From an uncultured Acidobacteriaceae bacterium (lineage in GTDB: Bacteria; Acidobacteriota; Terriglobia; Terriglobales; Acidobacteriaceae), in the NCBI GenBank assembly GCA_963707205.1, contig CAVPQE010000035.1:8164-72163 (forward strand): a stretch of 64,000 bases of DNA. Reading direction: 5' to 3'. The notes below the pieces were generated by a model. The model was not told the origin of the DNA. It saw nothing but the letters and a program-made list of their open reading frames with translations, and ran no database searches. Both the position numbers and the translations under genes were made by a program. Shown here one piece after another: positions 40,845 through 49,465 of the stretch; position 1 is the stretch's first letter; each line of letters starts with the position of its first letter.

Positions 40845-41651
40845 TTATTGTTTCTCCGCCTCCCGTGCCGCCAGCCACTTATCGAAATCCTCCTGGCTGA
40901 CGACGTGGACCATGCCGTGCATCTTGTAATGCCCAAGCCCGCAAAGTTCGGCACAGGCAATTTCGTACTCGCCGATCACCGTCGGCTTGAAGTGCATATG
41001 AATGTTCAGCCCCGGAACCGCATCCTGCTTGAAGCGCAGCGAGGGCACAAAGAAGCTGTGAATCACATCCACCGCCCGCAGACTGAGATCGACTTCGCGG
41101 TTGACCGGGAGAAACATCGTTCCCGTCACCACATCGTCCTTCGAGGCGGCGTCAGAGGTATTCAGTCCCACCGCGGCCTCGCCGCCGGCCGAAGGATCCA
41201 TCAGCTTCGGACTGGTGGCGCCGTATTTCCCGTCCGGCCCCGGATAGCGGAAGTACCAGGCAAATTGCATCCCGGTGACTTCCACCTGCACCGCGCCCGG
41301 CTCGGCTGCATCGAAGCGCTGGCTCGCCCACACGTTGCTGCCCATCAGATTCAGCCCGATGAACAGAATCGCGGTGAGCACCGTCCAAACGATTTCCAGG
41401 GTCGTATTTCCGTGAGAATAGGTAACGGGGAGAGAAGAGGGACTCTCGCGATACCTCCACACAATGTATCCGAGCGAGAGTTGTGCCGTGAGGAACACAA
41501 TCCCCATGATCACGAAGGTCAGCGCGAATTGGTGGTCGATCCAACCCGCGGCCGCGGATGCACCCGCCGGCAGCCACCATGTCTTGGCGACAAAAAAATA
41601 CGTACTGGCCAGAGTGATCAGCCAGATCAAGAACAGTAACGCGAGGCCCAT
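40845..41651 (-). CDS. ctaC: cytochrome c oxidase subunit II
   Basis: 268 aa. Two N-terminal TMs and the CuA motif HSFFVP...CAELCGLGHYKMHG. No fused cytochrome c domain. Confidence 0.9.
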   Translation of the reverse strand: MGLALLFLIWLITLASTYFFVAKTWWLPAGASAAAGWIDHQFALTFVIMGIVFLTAQLSLGYIVWRYRESPSSLPVTYSHGNTTLEIVWTVLTAILFIGLNLMGSNVWASQRFDAAEPGAVQVEVTGMQFAWYFRYPGPDGKYGATSPKLMDPSAGGEAAVGLNTSDAASKDDVVTGTMFLPVNREVDLSLRAVDVIHSFFVPSLRFKQDAVPGLNIHMHFKPTVIGEYEIACAELCGLGHYKMHGMVHVVSQEDFDKWLAAREAEKQ

Positions 41652-41914
41652 TCCCCAGCCCTCCTGAACCCTAAGGACGATACGAAAAGAATTTCCCCAC
41701 GGCCGTTGTCACGCCCCACAGCGCAAGCAACAGTCGGCCGCGAGTGTATCACAGCCACGCGTGGAAATATCAAGCGACTTCGCGAGAAAAGTTGCGAACG
41801 TATGTACGCTGATGAAAAATCAAACAGAACTACACATGCAAATCCACGAAAGAATCTCGAATCCCCGTGAACCTCTGTGTCCTCTGTGCTTAAACTTCTT
41901 CTTGTCGCGTGTCG

Positions 41915-44900
41915 CTACTGCTCCTGCCACTCGGGCACCCGTCCGGGAGTCCAAGGCGCCCCCGCCGCCTCCATGTCTTTCTCCAGTTTGCTCATGTCGA
42001 CTTCCACCAGCGTATGCAGCTTAGCCAGTTGCTCCCTAAACTCCGCCGCCGCGATGTTGTAGGAGTCAATATGCGATTGTGTAGGCTTCGCCAGCGAGAA
42101 CCGTTCGCCCTCCATGACGGAGTTCACTCGCTCGTTGATAGACGACGGCACATTCTCGCTCCGCTTGGCCATCTCGACGTCGCCGCGCAGCGCCCGCCGG
42201 ATCTCGCGATCCCTCTGCTCGAGCCCATCCGCGACGGCTCCCAGTTGCTTCTCGGCGGCCGGCGTCTCCCGTAGCGCCTGGCGAATCGCCTTCAATCGCG
42301 ACTCCACTTCGTCGGAAGTATGCAACGCACCCGAAACCGCCCGATACAGACGCGTGACCTTCCGCAGGAATTCCTCCTGCGCCGTGCGGTCCGCCGCATT
42401 CATCCCCGCCGCCCCTTCGGTCACAACTTTGAACGATTGCGGTCCCGCGAGTTCGGTCACCACGCCGCCGACCTTCTCGAACAGCCGCACCGAGTAATTC
42501 CCCGCAAGCACCAGCGGCCCCTGATTCGCCGCATCCGGAAAGTCTTCTTCGCTGTCCGCGGAATGCTCCTTGACCTGCGCCGCCGGGTAGCGCAAGTCCC
42601 ACGCCACCCGCTGGAACCCAGCTTCCGAGTTGCCATCCACCCGCCGGATCGCCGCTCCACTCTCGTCGTACACCACAAAATAAGCTTCCGGCTTCGCCTC
42701 CTCCGCCTCAGCCCGCAGTTCGTCATTCGTCGGATAGGGAAGCGTTTGATTCTTCTTGGCCGCGTCCTTTTCCGCCTCCTGCCGCTTTTCTTTCTTCGTC
42801 TTGATCTTCTCCTTCATGTACGCCGTAAACACAGCTCCGTACGGCGGATTCTCCGCCGTATAAAAGCCGTCACCCTGGAAGCCTTTCTTCGGTCCGCCCA
42901 GCGGATGCCGCTCCACATAAAGCAACGCATCCTTCACCGGAAACACCGCCACAGCCTGCTCCGTCGATTCCACCTTCATCTGCCGCAAAGGCGTGATGTC
43001 ATCCAGCACGTAAAATCCGCGCCCAAACGTCGCAATCACCAGATCGCCCTCTCGCGCCTGAATTACCATGTCTCGCACGGCAATCGTCGGCAGCCCGCCT
43101 TTCAGCCGCACCCAATGCTGCCCGCCATCGATCGAAAAGAACGCGCCAAACTCCGTCCCCGCAAACAGCAAATTCGGACTCACCGTATCTTCCGCGAACG
43201 CCAGCACCGGCCCGTTCTCCGGCAGATCGCCCACAATCGAAGTCCAGGTCTTTCCCTCATCAGCGGACTTCATCAAGTAAGGCTTGAAGTCCTCGTTCTT
43301 ATGATTGTCAAAGGCCGCGTAAACCGTATTCTCGTCGTGATTCGACGCCGCCAGCCGGCTCACATAAGTCATCTCCGGAACGCCCGCAAACTTCTCATAC
43401 TTCGTCCAATTCGCGCCGCCATCGCTCGTCACCTGAATCAGCCCATCGTCCGTGCCCACATAAATCAGCCCTTCTTTCTTCGGAGACTCCGCCAGCGCCA
43501 CAATATTCCCGTAAAACGATGTCGACTGATTCTTCGCCACCGCATCCGGCCCCCACACCTTGCCCATCACCGGCAACTTGTTTCGATCAATCTGCCGCGT
43601 CAGATCTCCGCTGATCGCCTTCCAGGTATCGCCCCGATCGTCGCTGCGAAATAATTTATTCGCCGCAAAATAAAGCCGCGTATGCGAATGTGGACTCACA
43701 ATAATTGGCGAATCCCAATTCCACCGCAGCGGAGGCTCGCCCTTGCCCTCCAGCGGCTGCAACACCAGTTCCTGCCCAGTAGGCTTGTCATACCGAACCA
43801 GCACCCCATACTGCGACTCGGAATACACCGTGTTCGGATCGACCGGATCCACCTGCGACCGAAACCCATCGCCCCCGGTCGTCACGTACCAGTCGGAATT
43901 CACGATCCCGTTCAGATCGCGCGTCCGCGCCGGTCCACACCACGAAAAATTATCCTGCGTCCCCCCGCATACGTGGTAAAACGGCGTCGCATTGTCCACT
44001 GCGACGTCATAAAACTGCACCGTGGGCAAATTTGCCTTAAACTCCCAGCTCATCGCGTCGTCGTGAGTCTCATACATTCCACCATCCGAGCCGAACAGCC
44101 AGTGTTTGGTATCGTCCGGATCGATCCACATGGCGTGATTGTCGCCGTGATGATTCACCTCATTAACTTTGTGCAAAGTCTTGCCGCCGTCCAGCGATTC
44201 GCGCAAGGAAACATTCATCACAAAAATGCGGTCCACATTTTTCGGATCGGCCACCACCCGCGCGTAGTACATCGCCCCCTGATCGAATTCGTTCCGCCGC
44301 TCCCATGTCGCGCCTTTGTCGCTCGACCTGAAAATCCCGCCCTTGCCCTCGGCCGCTTCAATCGTTGCGTAAACCACATTCGGATCCGCCGGTGAAACCG
44401 CCAGTCCGATTCGCCCCATGTCCACCGTAGGCAATCCCGAAGTCAACTTCTTCCACGTAGCGCCCGCGTCCGTCGATTTATAAATCGCGCTCTCCGGTCC
44501 GCCATCAATCAACGTGAACACATGCCGCCGCCGCTGATAAGCCGCCGCGTACACAACATCCGGATTCGCTGGATCGAGTTGCACATCGACCACGCCCGTG
44601 TTTTCGCTGATCGTCAGCAGCGCTTTCCAATTCTTCCCGCTATCCGTGGTCTTGTAGAGTCCCCGATCACCGCCCGGCCCCCACAAAGGCCCCTCGGCCG
44701 CCACATATACGACTTTCGAATCCCGCGGATCGACCACCACCCGCCCAATGTGCTCCGACTTCTTCAGCCCCAGATTCTGCCAACTCTTGCCCCCATCATC
44801 CGACCGGTAAATTCCATCGCCGTAGCTGACGCTGCGCTGGCCGTTGCTCTCGCCCGATCCCACCCACACCACGGACGAATCGTTCGGATCCACCGTGACC

Positions 44901-45313
44901 CACCCGATCGAGTACGATCCCTCGCCATCGAACACCGGAGTCCACGTCGTTCCGTCGTTTGCCGTCTTCCAAACTCCACCCGACGCCACGCCCACGTAGT
45001 ACTCGTTCTTGTTCTTCGGATTCACCGCCATCGACATCACGCGCCCCGAAGCCACAGCCGGCCCAATCAGTCGAAACTTCAGCCCAGAGAACGTGTCGGC
45101 GGTCATCCCGCCTTTCTTCTCTTCCTTTTTTGGCTCCTCTTTCTGCTCCTGCTTCTTTTGATCTTTCTTCAGCGCTTTCGCCACCGGCGGATTTTTCTTG
45201 TCGCCGTCCTTGTCGGTCGAAACCGGTGCCGCAGTCTGTGCCGCAAGTGAAAGGTGGAACAACGAAAGCGCAACGAGAAGAATGCTGAGACTTGATTTCA
45301 AGCGAAGCTCCAT
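41915..45313 (-). CDS. large exported BNR/Asp-box (sortilin-VPS10 / GH74-like) repeat protein
   Basis: Start moved to MELRLKSSLSILLVALSLFHLSLA (45313). Lys/Glu-rich linker, then many SxDxGxTW-type Asp boxes (SDDGGKSW, TDSGKNW, TDAGATW, SDKGATW, SDDRGDTW, SDGGANW, ADEGKTW). Confidence 0.8.
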   Translation of the reverse strand: MELRLKSSLSILLVALSLFHLSLAAQTAAPVSTDKDGDKKNPPVAKALKKDQKKQEQKEEPKKEEKKGGMTADTFSGLKFRLIGPAVASGRVMSMAVNPKNKNEYYVGVASGGVWKTANDGTTWTPVFDGEGSYSIGWVTVDPNDSSVVWVGSGESNGQRSVSYGDGIYRSDDGGKSWQNLGLKKSEHIGRVVVDPRDSKVVYVAAEGPLWGPGGDRGLYKTTDSGKNWKALLTISENTGVVDVQLDPANPDVVYAAAYQRRRHVFTLIDGGPESAIYKSTDAGATWKKLTSGLPTVDMGRIGLAVSPADPNVVYATIEAAEGKGGIFRSSDKGATWERRNEFDQGAMYYARVVADPKNVDRIFVMNVSLRESLDGGKTLHKVNEVNHHGDNHAMWIDPDDTKHWLFGSDGGMYETHDDAMSWEFKANLPTVQFYDVAVDNATPFYHVCGGTQDNFSWCGPARTRDLNGIVNSDWYVTTGGDGFRSQVDPVDPNTVYSESQYGVLVRYDKPTGQELVLQPLEGKGEPPLRWNWDSPIIVSPHSHTRLYFAANKLFRSDDRGDTWKAISGDLTRQIDRNKLPVMGKVWGPDAVAKNQSTSFYGNIVALAESPKKEGLIYVGTDDGLIQVTSDGGANWTKYEKFAGVPEMTYVSRLAASNHDENTVYAAFDNHKNEDFKPYLMKSADEGKTWTSIVGDLPENGPVLAFAEDTVSPNLLFAGTEFGAFFSIDGGQHWVRLKGGLPTIAVRDMVIQAREGDLVIATFGRGFYVLDDITPLRQMKVESTEQAVAVFPVKDALLYVERHPLGGPKKGFQGDGFYTAENPPYGAVFTAYMKEKIKTKKEKRQEAEKDAAKKNQTLPYPTNDELRAEAEEAKPEAYFVVYDESGAAIRRVDGNSEAGFQRVAWDLRYPAAQVKEHSADSEEDFPDAANQGPLVLAGNYSVRLFEKVGGVVTELAGPQSFKVVTEGAAGMNAADRTAQEEFLRKVTRLYRAVSGALHTSDEVESRLKAIRQALRETPAAEKQLGAVADGLEQRDREIRRALRGDVEMAKRSENVPSSINERVNSVMEGERFSLAKPTQSHIDSYNIAAAEFREQLAKLHTLVEVDMSKLEKDMEAAGAPWTPGRVPEWQEQ

Positions 45314-45521
45314 TCCAGGCCGCGCACCCGCAGATTGCACTCTGCACAACTCGGCGCTCGCTGCGTCCTCGGCAATGAAAAGATTTGCAAAACCGATATG
45401 TATACAGGATTTCCCTCCAACCAAGAAGGAATTTCCCCGCGCCCGCCCACAAATCCTCTGTGTTCCCCCGTGCCCTCTGTGGTTATCCGGGTTTTTGGGC
45501 TATCAGGTTAGAATCCTTCCC

Positions 45522-45992
45522 ATGCCACGAAAACCTCAAGCTCACGGCCACGACACCCGCTACGTCCAACTGCAGAAGAACTACTGCTTCGTCTGCGGCA
45601 TGAACAATCCCGACGGCATGCGCCTCAAGTTCACTCTCGACGAAGAACGCCAGGCCTTCGTTTGCAAATTCCGCCTGAGCAACCGCTACACCGGACCCCC
45701 TGGCCACTGCCACGGCGGCATCATCGCCAGCATCCTCGACGACGCCATGGGCAAAGTAAACAAGCTGCGCCACGTAATCGCCCTGACCAAGGAAATGACC
45801 GTCGAGTACCTCAAGCCCGTTCCCCTCCACAAACCGCTCCGCGTCGAAGGCCGCGAACTCAGCGTCCACGGCCGCCAGCACATCAACATGGCCGAAATCC
45901 TCAACGAGAAAAATGAAGTGCTCGCGCGCAGCAAAGGCATCTTCATCGCCATCGACCCCGAAAAAATGTTCGCGAAATTCGTGGAGCGCTAG
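45522..45992 (+). CDS. PaaI/hotdog-fold thioesterase
   Basis: Start moved to MPRKPQAHG (45522); 156 aa. CFVCG...PPGHCHGGIIASILDDAMG motif. Confidence 0.8.
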   Translation: MPRKPQAHGHDTRYVQLQKNYCFVCGMNNPDGMRLKFTLDEERQAFVCKFRLSNRYTGPPGHCHGGIIASILDDAMGKVNKLRHVIALTKEMTVEYLKPVPLHKPLRVEGRELSVHGRQHINMAEILNEKNEVLARSKGIFIAIDPEKMFAKFVER

Positions 45993-45994
45993 AC

Positions 45995-46117
45995 CAGCTG
46001 TCAGCCATCAGCTATCAGCCCCGCACCTCGACAAATGTGAGGACAGCCGCCCTCGGCTGTCCGCCGGGCGCAGCTTGGCAGCTCTTGCTAAGGCTGATAG
46101 CTGATAGCTGACAGCTG
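45995..46117. repeat. composite intergenic element: inverted GCTGAYA heptamer arrays flanking a GC hairpin
   Basis: 45995..46019 is (TGTCAGC CATCAGC TATCAGC). 46093..46117 is (GCTGATA GCTGATA GCTGACA GCTG), its reverse complement. The 9-bp hairpin GGACAGCCG-CCCT-CGGCTGTCC sits at 46041..46062. Confidence 0.75.
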
Positions 46118-46202
46118 CCTTCCGGGGTTCCGCATTTCCTCCCCCCGCTGTAGAATGAATCAGCGGCGAAAACCCACCAGGCAGCATCATCCCAAGGGGT
46201 TA

Positions 46203-46235
46203 GCTGATAGCTGACAGCTGAACGCTGACAGCAGC
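46203..46235 (+). repeat. GCTGAYA heptamer array in the pdxS leader
   Basis: GCTGATA GCTGACA GCTGAAC GCTGACA GCAGC, ending 15 nt before the pdxS ATG. Confidence 0.7.
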
Positions 46236-46250
46236 TTTTCGGAGCTCACC

Positions 46251-47171
46251 ATGTCGAAAAACAACGGTACCAACACCAGTCTCCGCCTCAAAACCGGCCT
46301 GGCCGAAATGCTCAAAGGCGGCGTCATCATGGACGTCACCAACGCCGAGCAGGCCACCATTGCCGAACGAGCCGGCGCCGTCGCCGTCATGGCGCTCGAA
46401 CGCGTCCCTGCGCAAATCCGCGCCGAAGGCGGCGTCGCCCGCATGGCTTCACCCAAAAAGATTCGCGAGATCATGGAGGCCGTCTCGATCCCGGTCATGG
46501 CCAAGTGCCGCATCGGCCATTTCGCCGAAGCCCAAATTCTCGAAGAACTCGGGGTCGACTACATCGACGAATCCGAAGTCCTCACCCCCGCCGACGAGGC
46601 CCACCACGTCGACAAGCACGCTTTCAAAGTCCCATTCGTCTGCGGCGCCCGCAATCTCGGCGAGGCCCTCCGCCGCATCGCCGAAGGCGCCGCCATGATC
46701 CGCACCAAGGGTGAAGCCGGCACCGGCGACGTCGTCCACGCCGTTAAGCACATCCGTCAGATCGTTCAGGAGATGAAGATCCTCACCGTCCTCAGCGAAG
46801 AAGAACTCTACGCCAAAGCCAAAGAGCATCAGGCCCCGTATGAACTGATCCGCATCGTCGCCAAAGCAGGCAAGCTCCCCGTCCCGAATTTCTCCGCCGG
46901 AGGCATAGCCACTCCCGCCGACGCATCGCTGGTAATGCAACTCGGCGCCGAAGCCGTATTCGTCGGCTCTGGAATCTTCATGAAAGATTCCACCACCTTC
47001 GCCGACCCAGCAGAAGCCGAGAAGCGCGCGCGAGCAATTGTGAAAGCCGCCACCCACTTCAACGACCCTAAAGTATTACTTGAAGTCAGCGAAGATCTCA
47101 CCGGCGCAATGAAAGGCCTCGCAATAGCTGGCATCGACCAAGCCAACATGCTGCAAACCAGGGGTTGGTAG
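46251..47171 (+). CDS. pdxS: pyridoxal 5'-phosphate synthase, synthase subunit
   Basis: 306 aa. [46 protein letters not shown]. Confidence 0.95.
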   Translation: MSKNNGTNTSLRLKTGLAEMLKGGVIMDVTNAEQATIAERAGAVAVMALERVPAQIRAEGGVARMASPKKIREIMEAVSIPVMAKCRIGHFAEAQILEELGVDYIDESEVLTPADEAHHVDKHAFKVPFVCGARNLGEALRRIAEGAAMIRTKGEAGTGDVVHAVKHIRQIVQEMKILTVLSEEELYAKAKEHQAPYELIRIVAKAGKLPVPNFSAGGIATPADASLVMQLGAEAVFVGSGIFMKDSTTFADPAEAEKRARAIVKAATHFNDPKVLLEVSEDLTGAMKGLAIAGIDQANMLQTRGW

Positions 47172-47274
47172 GTTTCCGAAAGGGTTAACCGGCCCCCGGT
47201 TTGGTGTGATCATGCCTGAAGCCGATATTGCTGGGGGCTGGCCCAGCCTATCCTGCACCCCTACTCCCTCGGTG

Positions 47275-47308
47275 CCCCGTCCAAGCTCTGCTTGGGCGGG
47301 GGTTTTCT
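47275..47308 (+). terminator. GC-rich hairpin plus T-run (repeat copy 1)
   Basis: CCCCGTCCAAGC-TCT-GCTTGGGCGGGG (12-bp stem with one G-T pair) followed by GTTTTCT. About 100 nt after the pdxS stop. Confidence 0.55.
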
Positions 47309-47355
47309 GCCTGACCTCCTTGAACGACCTTCATAAACTGTCATATTATGAAGCC

Positions 47356-47613
47356 ATGGCCATGACTTCGTTAAACATCTCGCTCCCCGAAGCCCTGAAA
47401 GAATACGTCGAAGGACAGGTTGCTTCCGGCGATTGGGGCACGCCCAGCGAGTACGTCCGCGAACTCATCCGTCAGGACAAAGAGCGCCGTCTCGGCGATC
47501 TCGAGCAAGAACTCATCGCCGCCGCCAAGGGACCGAAAATCGAAATCCCGTTGGCCGAAATCCGCCGCAAAGGCCTGATCCCCGCCCTCCGCGAGCGCGC
47601 CCGCCGCCGGTGA
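47356..47613 (+). CDS. parD: type II antitoxin, ParD/CopG ribbon-helix-helix family
   Basis: 85 aa. LNISLPEALKEYVEGQVASGDWGTPSEYVRELIRQD. 4-nt overlap with the toxin gene. Confidence 0.75.
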   Translation: MAMTSLNISLPEALKEYVEGQVASGDWGTPSEYVRELIRQDKERRLGDLEQELIAAAKGPKIEIPLAEIRRKGLIPALRERARRR

Positions 47614-47924
47614 AAAAACCTCGCCTTGTCCTCTCCGACTCGGCCATCGCCGACATCCTAGAGCAGGCCGACTGGTACCTTGGACAGTCTGGGCGGCCTC
47701 TGGCGCGGCGCTGGGAGAAGGCCGTCACGTCTGCCATCTCGTACGTGGTCACCCATCCCGCCGCCGGACCACTCTGCACATTCAAGTCCCCCGAACTCCG
47801 CGGCGTACGACGAACGGCGATTCCGGGATTTCCTAAGCATCTCCTCTTCTATCGGTTCGACGAAGCAGAAGTATTCGTCCTCCGCGTCGTGCACGGCGCG
47901 CGTGACTTAGAACGTCTTTTGTAG
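47610..47924 (+). CDS. parE: type II toxin, ParE/RelE family
   Basis: GTG start overlapping the antitoxin stop (GTGA); 104 aa. C-terminal HLLFYRFDEAEVFVLRVVHGARDL is typical of ParE. Confidence 0.75.
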   Translation: MKKPRLVLSDSAIADILEQADWYLGQSGRPLARRWEKAVTSAISYVVTHPAAGPLCTFKSPELRGVRRTAIPGFPKHLLFYRFDEAEVFVLRVVHGARDLERLL

Positions 47925-47996
47925 GCTGGGTAGACCTAACTATCCCGCACCACTCCTGAGGGCACTTCAGGCTGGTGGCCCAAACTCTCGCGGGTG

Positions 47997-48030
47997 CCCC
48001 GCTCAAGCTCCGCCTGGGCGGGGATTTTCT
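47997..48030 (+). terminator. GC-rich hairpin plus T-run (repeat copy 2)
   Basis: CCCCGCTCAAGC-TCC-GCCTGGGCGGGG then ATTTTCT, about 70 nt after the parE stop. Same sequence family as 47275..47308. Confidence 0.5.
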
Positions 48031-48057
48031 GCCGCCGAGGCTGGTAAAATCACGGCC

Positions 48058-48889
48058 ATGCCGCGACACAATTCAGCCCCATCGTTAGTCCGCGCGTTTT
48101 TGTTCTTCAGCATCGCATTCCTCCAAGTGGCGACAGCTGCCAGCGCACCGGCACTGCAAGCCGAAAACAAACCAGCCGCTGAGACACCAGGCGCCAATCC
48201 ACACCCCGTTCTCGTTGAGTTGTTCACTTCTGAAGGGCTGCTCCAGCTGTCCTCCTGCCGACATCCTTCTCAAGAAGTGGGACGCCGGCCAACCCATTCC
48301 TGGCGCCCGGTTGATCGTCCTCAGTGAGCACGTGACTTATTGGGACCATGATGGTTGGAAAGATCCAAACTCCTCGTCTTCGCTGACCGACCGCCAGAGT
48401 TCTTATGAAAGTGCTCTGGGCGTGAAGACTCTCTACACTCCCCAAATGATTGTGGATGGAACCCAGGAAATGCGCCTGAGCGATCCGCAGCAGATCAAGG
48501 ATTCCTTGGAGAAAGCCGCGGCCACACCCAAGGTTCTCGTGCGTATCGGCGAGGTAACGGTTGATCCCGGAAATCCCACCGTGCTGCGAGCGCGCATTGA
48601 AACGGATGTGAACTTTGAAAAACACAACGCCGACATGTACGTCGCTGTCGCGCTCGATCACGTGGAGTCGCAAGTCTTGCGCGGAGAAAATGGGGGCAAA
48701 CACCTGGTGCACGTTGCGGTTGTGCAGGAGCTTGCCAAGGTAGGAAAGCTACCCAAGGGGAAGAGTTTTGCCCAGGACGTTCAGCTGAAACTCAAGCCCG
48801 GCACGGATCCAAAGAACATTCGACTCGTTGCCTTGGTGCAAGAGTCCGGCCCCGGCAAAGTACTGGGAGCAGCCCTCTGGACCCCGTAG
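48058..48889 (+). pseudogene. DUF1223 family exported thioredoxin-like protein with a +1 frameshift
   Basis: ORF 48058.. carries the signal peptide and ...PVLVELFTSEG. The expected CSSCPPAD continues in the next frame (ORF 48215..). An extra G in the GGG run 48235..48237 explains it. Length minus 1 nt gives 277 codons. Confidence 0.75.
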
Positions 48890-49415
48890 GTTTGCGACTC
48901 GAAGCTGGCGACGAAATTTACTTCAACAACGGCTCCCACAACAACCTGCGAATCACTTTCGGTCCCATTCTCAGGTTTTGATAAATCCCCCATCAGCTTC
49001 TGACGAACGCCCGTCAGGTTCCTGATAAAGCCTTGTCATCCCAAGCGAAGAAGATGGTTCGCGAAGCGAACGATCTGCGTAGTCGAGGGATCTGCTCTTG
49101 CGTGCATCGCCTCGCTGTTCCTAAGCTCTTCGTTTCCGCTTTGCCACTTTCGCGCCCTGTTTCCCGAGCGTCGTTCGCGTCTCTTTGGAAAGATGCGAGA
49201 TCGTCCGTTTCTTTTTCGCAGCCGCAGCCGCCTTTTTGATATTTTTTCTCGCAGCCGTTCGTTGCTGCGCGCTGGGTATTTCCTGGGCCTCCGGGCCCTG
49301 CTAATAGATGTAAATGCGACCAGCAAGGTAACTAGAAAACTTGACGAACGAGTGAACACCGCGCGCTCCGTGACACGCTAAATTATCAGGTAATATCAAG
49401 TCGGACGCATGCGAT

Positions 49416-49464
49416 GACCCAAGACCTGACACCTAAGATCGAAGACCCAAACTGAACCGAACCG
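49416..49464 (+). repeat. heptamer array (AAGACCT family) in the pdxT leader
   Basis: GACCCAA GACCTGA CACCTAA GATCGAA GACCCAA ACTGAAC CGAACCG, ending 1 nt before the pdxT ATG. The unit AAGACCT is the reverse complement of AGGTCTT at 31112. Confidence 0.65.
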
Positions 49465-49465
49465 C

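Noticed and set aside
49036-49359. 107-aa minus-strand ORF (TM segment plus extremely basic tail) between DUF1223 and pdxT
   Set aside because: Its 3' part is translated from the bipartite repeat element and the basic tail looks like out-of-frame GC-rich sequence. There is no RBS. It might be a real small membrane protein, but the evidence is insufficient.
31112-49464. Possibility that the short tandem arrays are CRISPR arrays
   Set aside because: The unit length is 7 nt with no spacers, the arrays are under 50 nt, and there are no cas genes. This is not CRISPR architecture.
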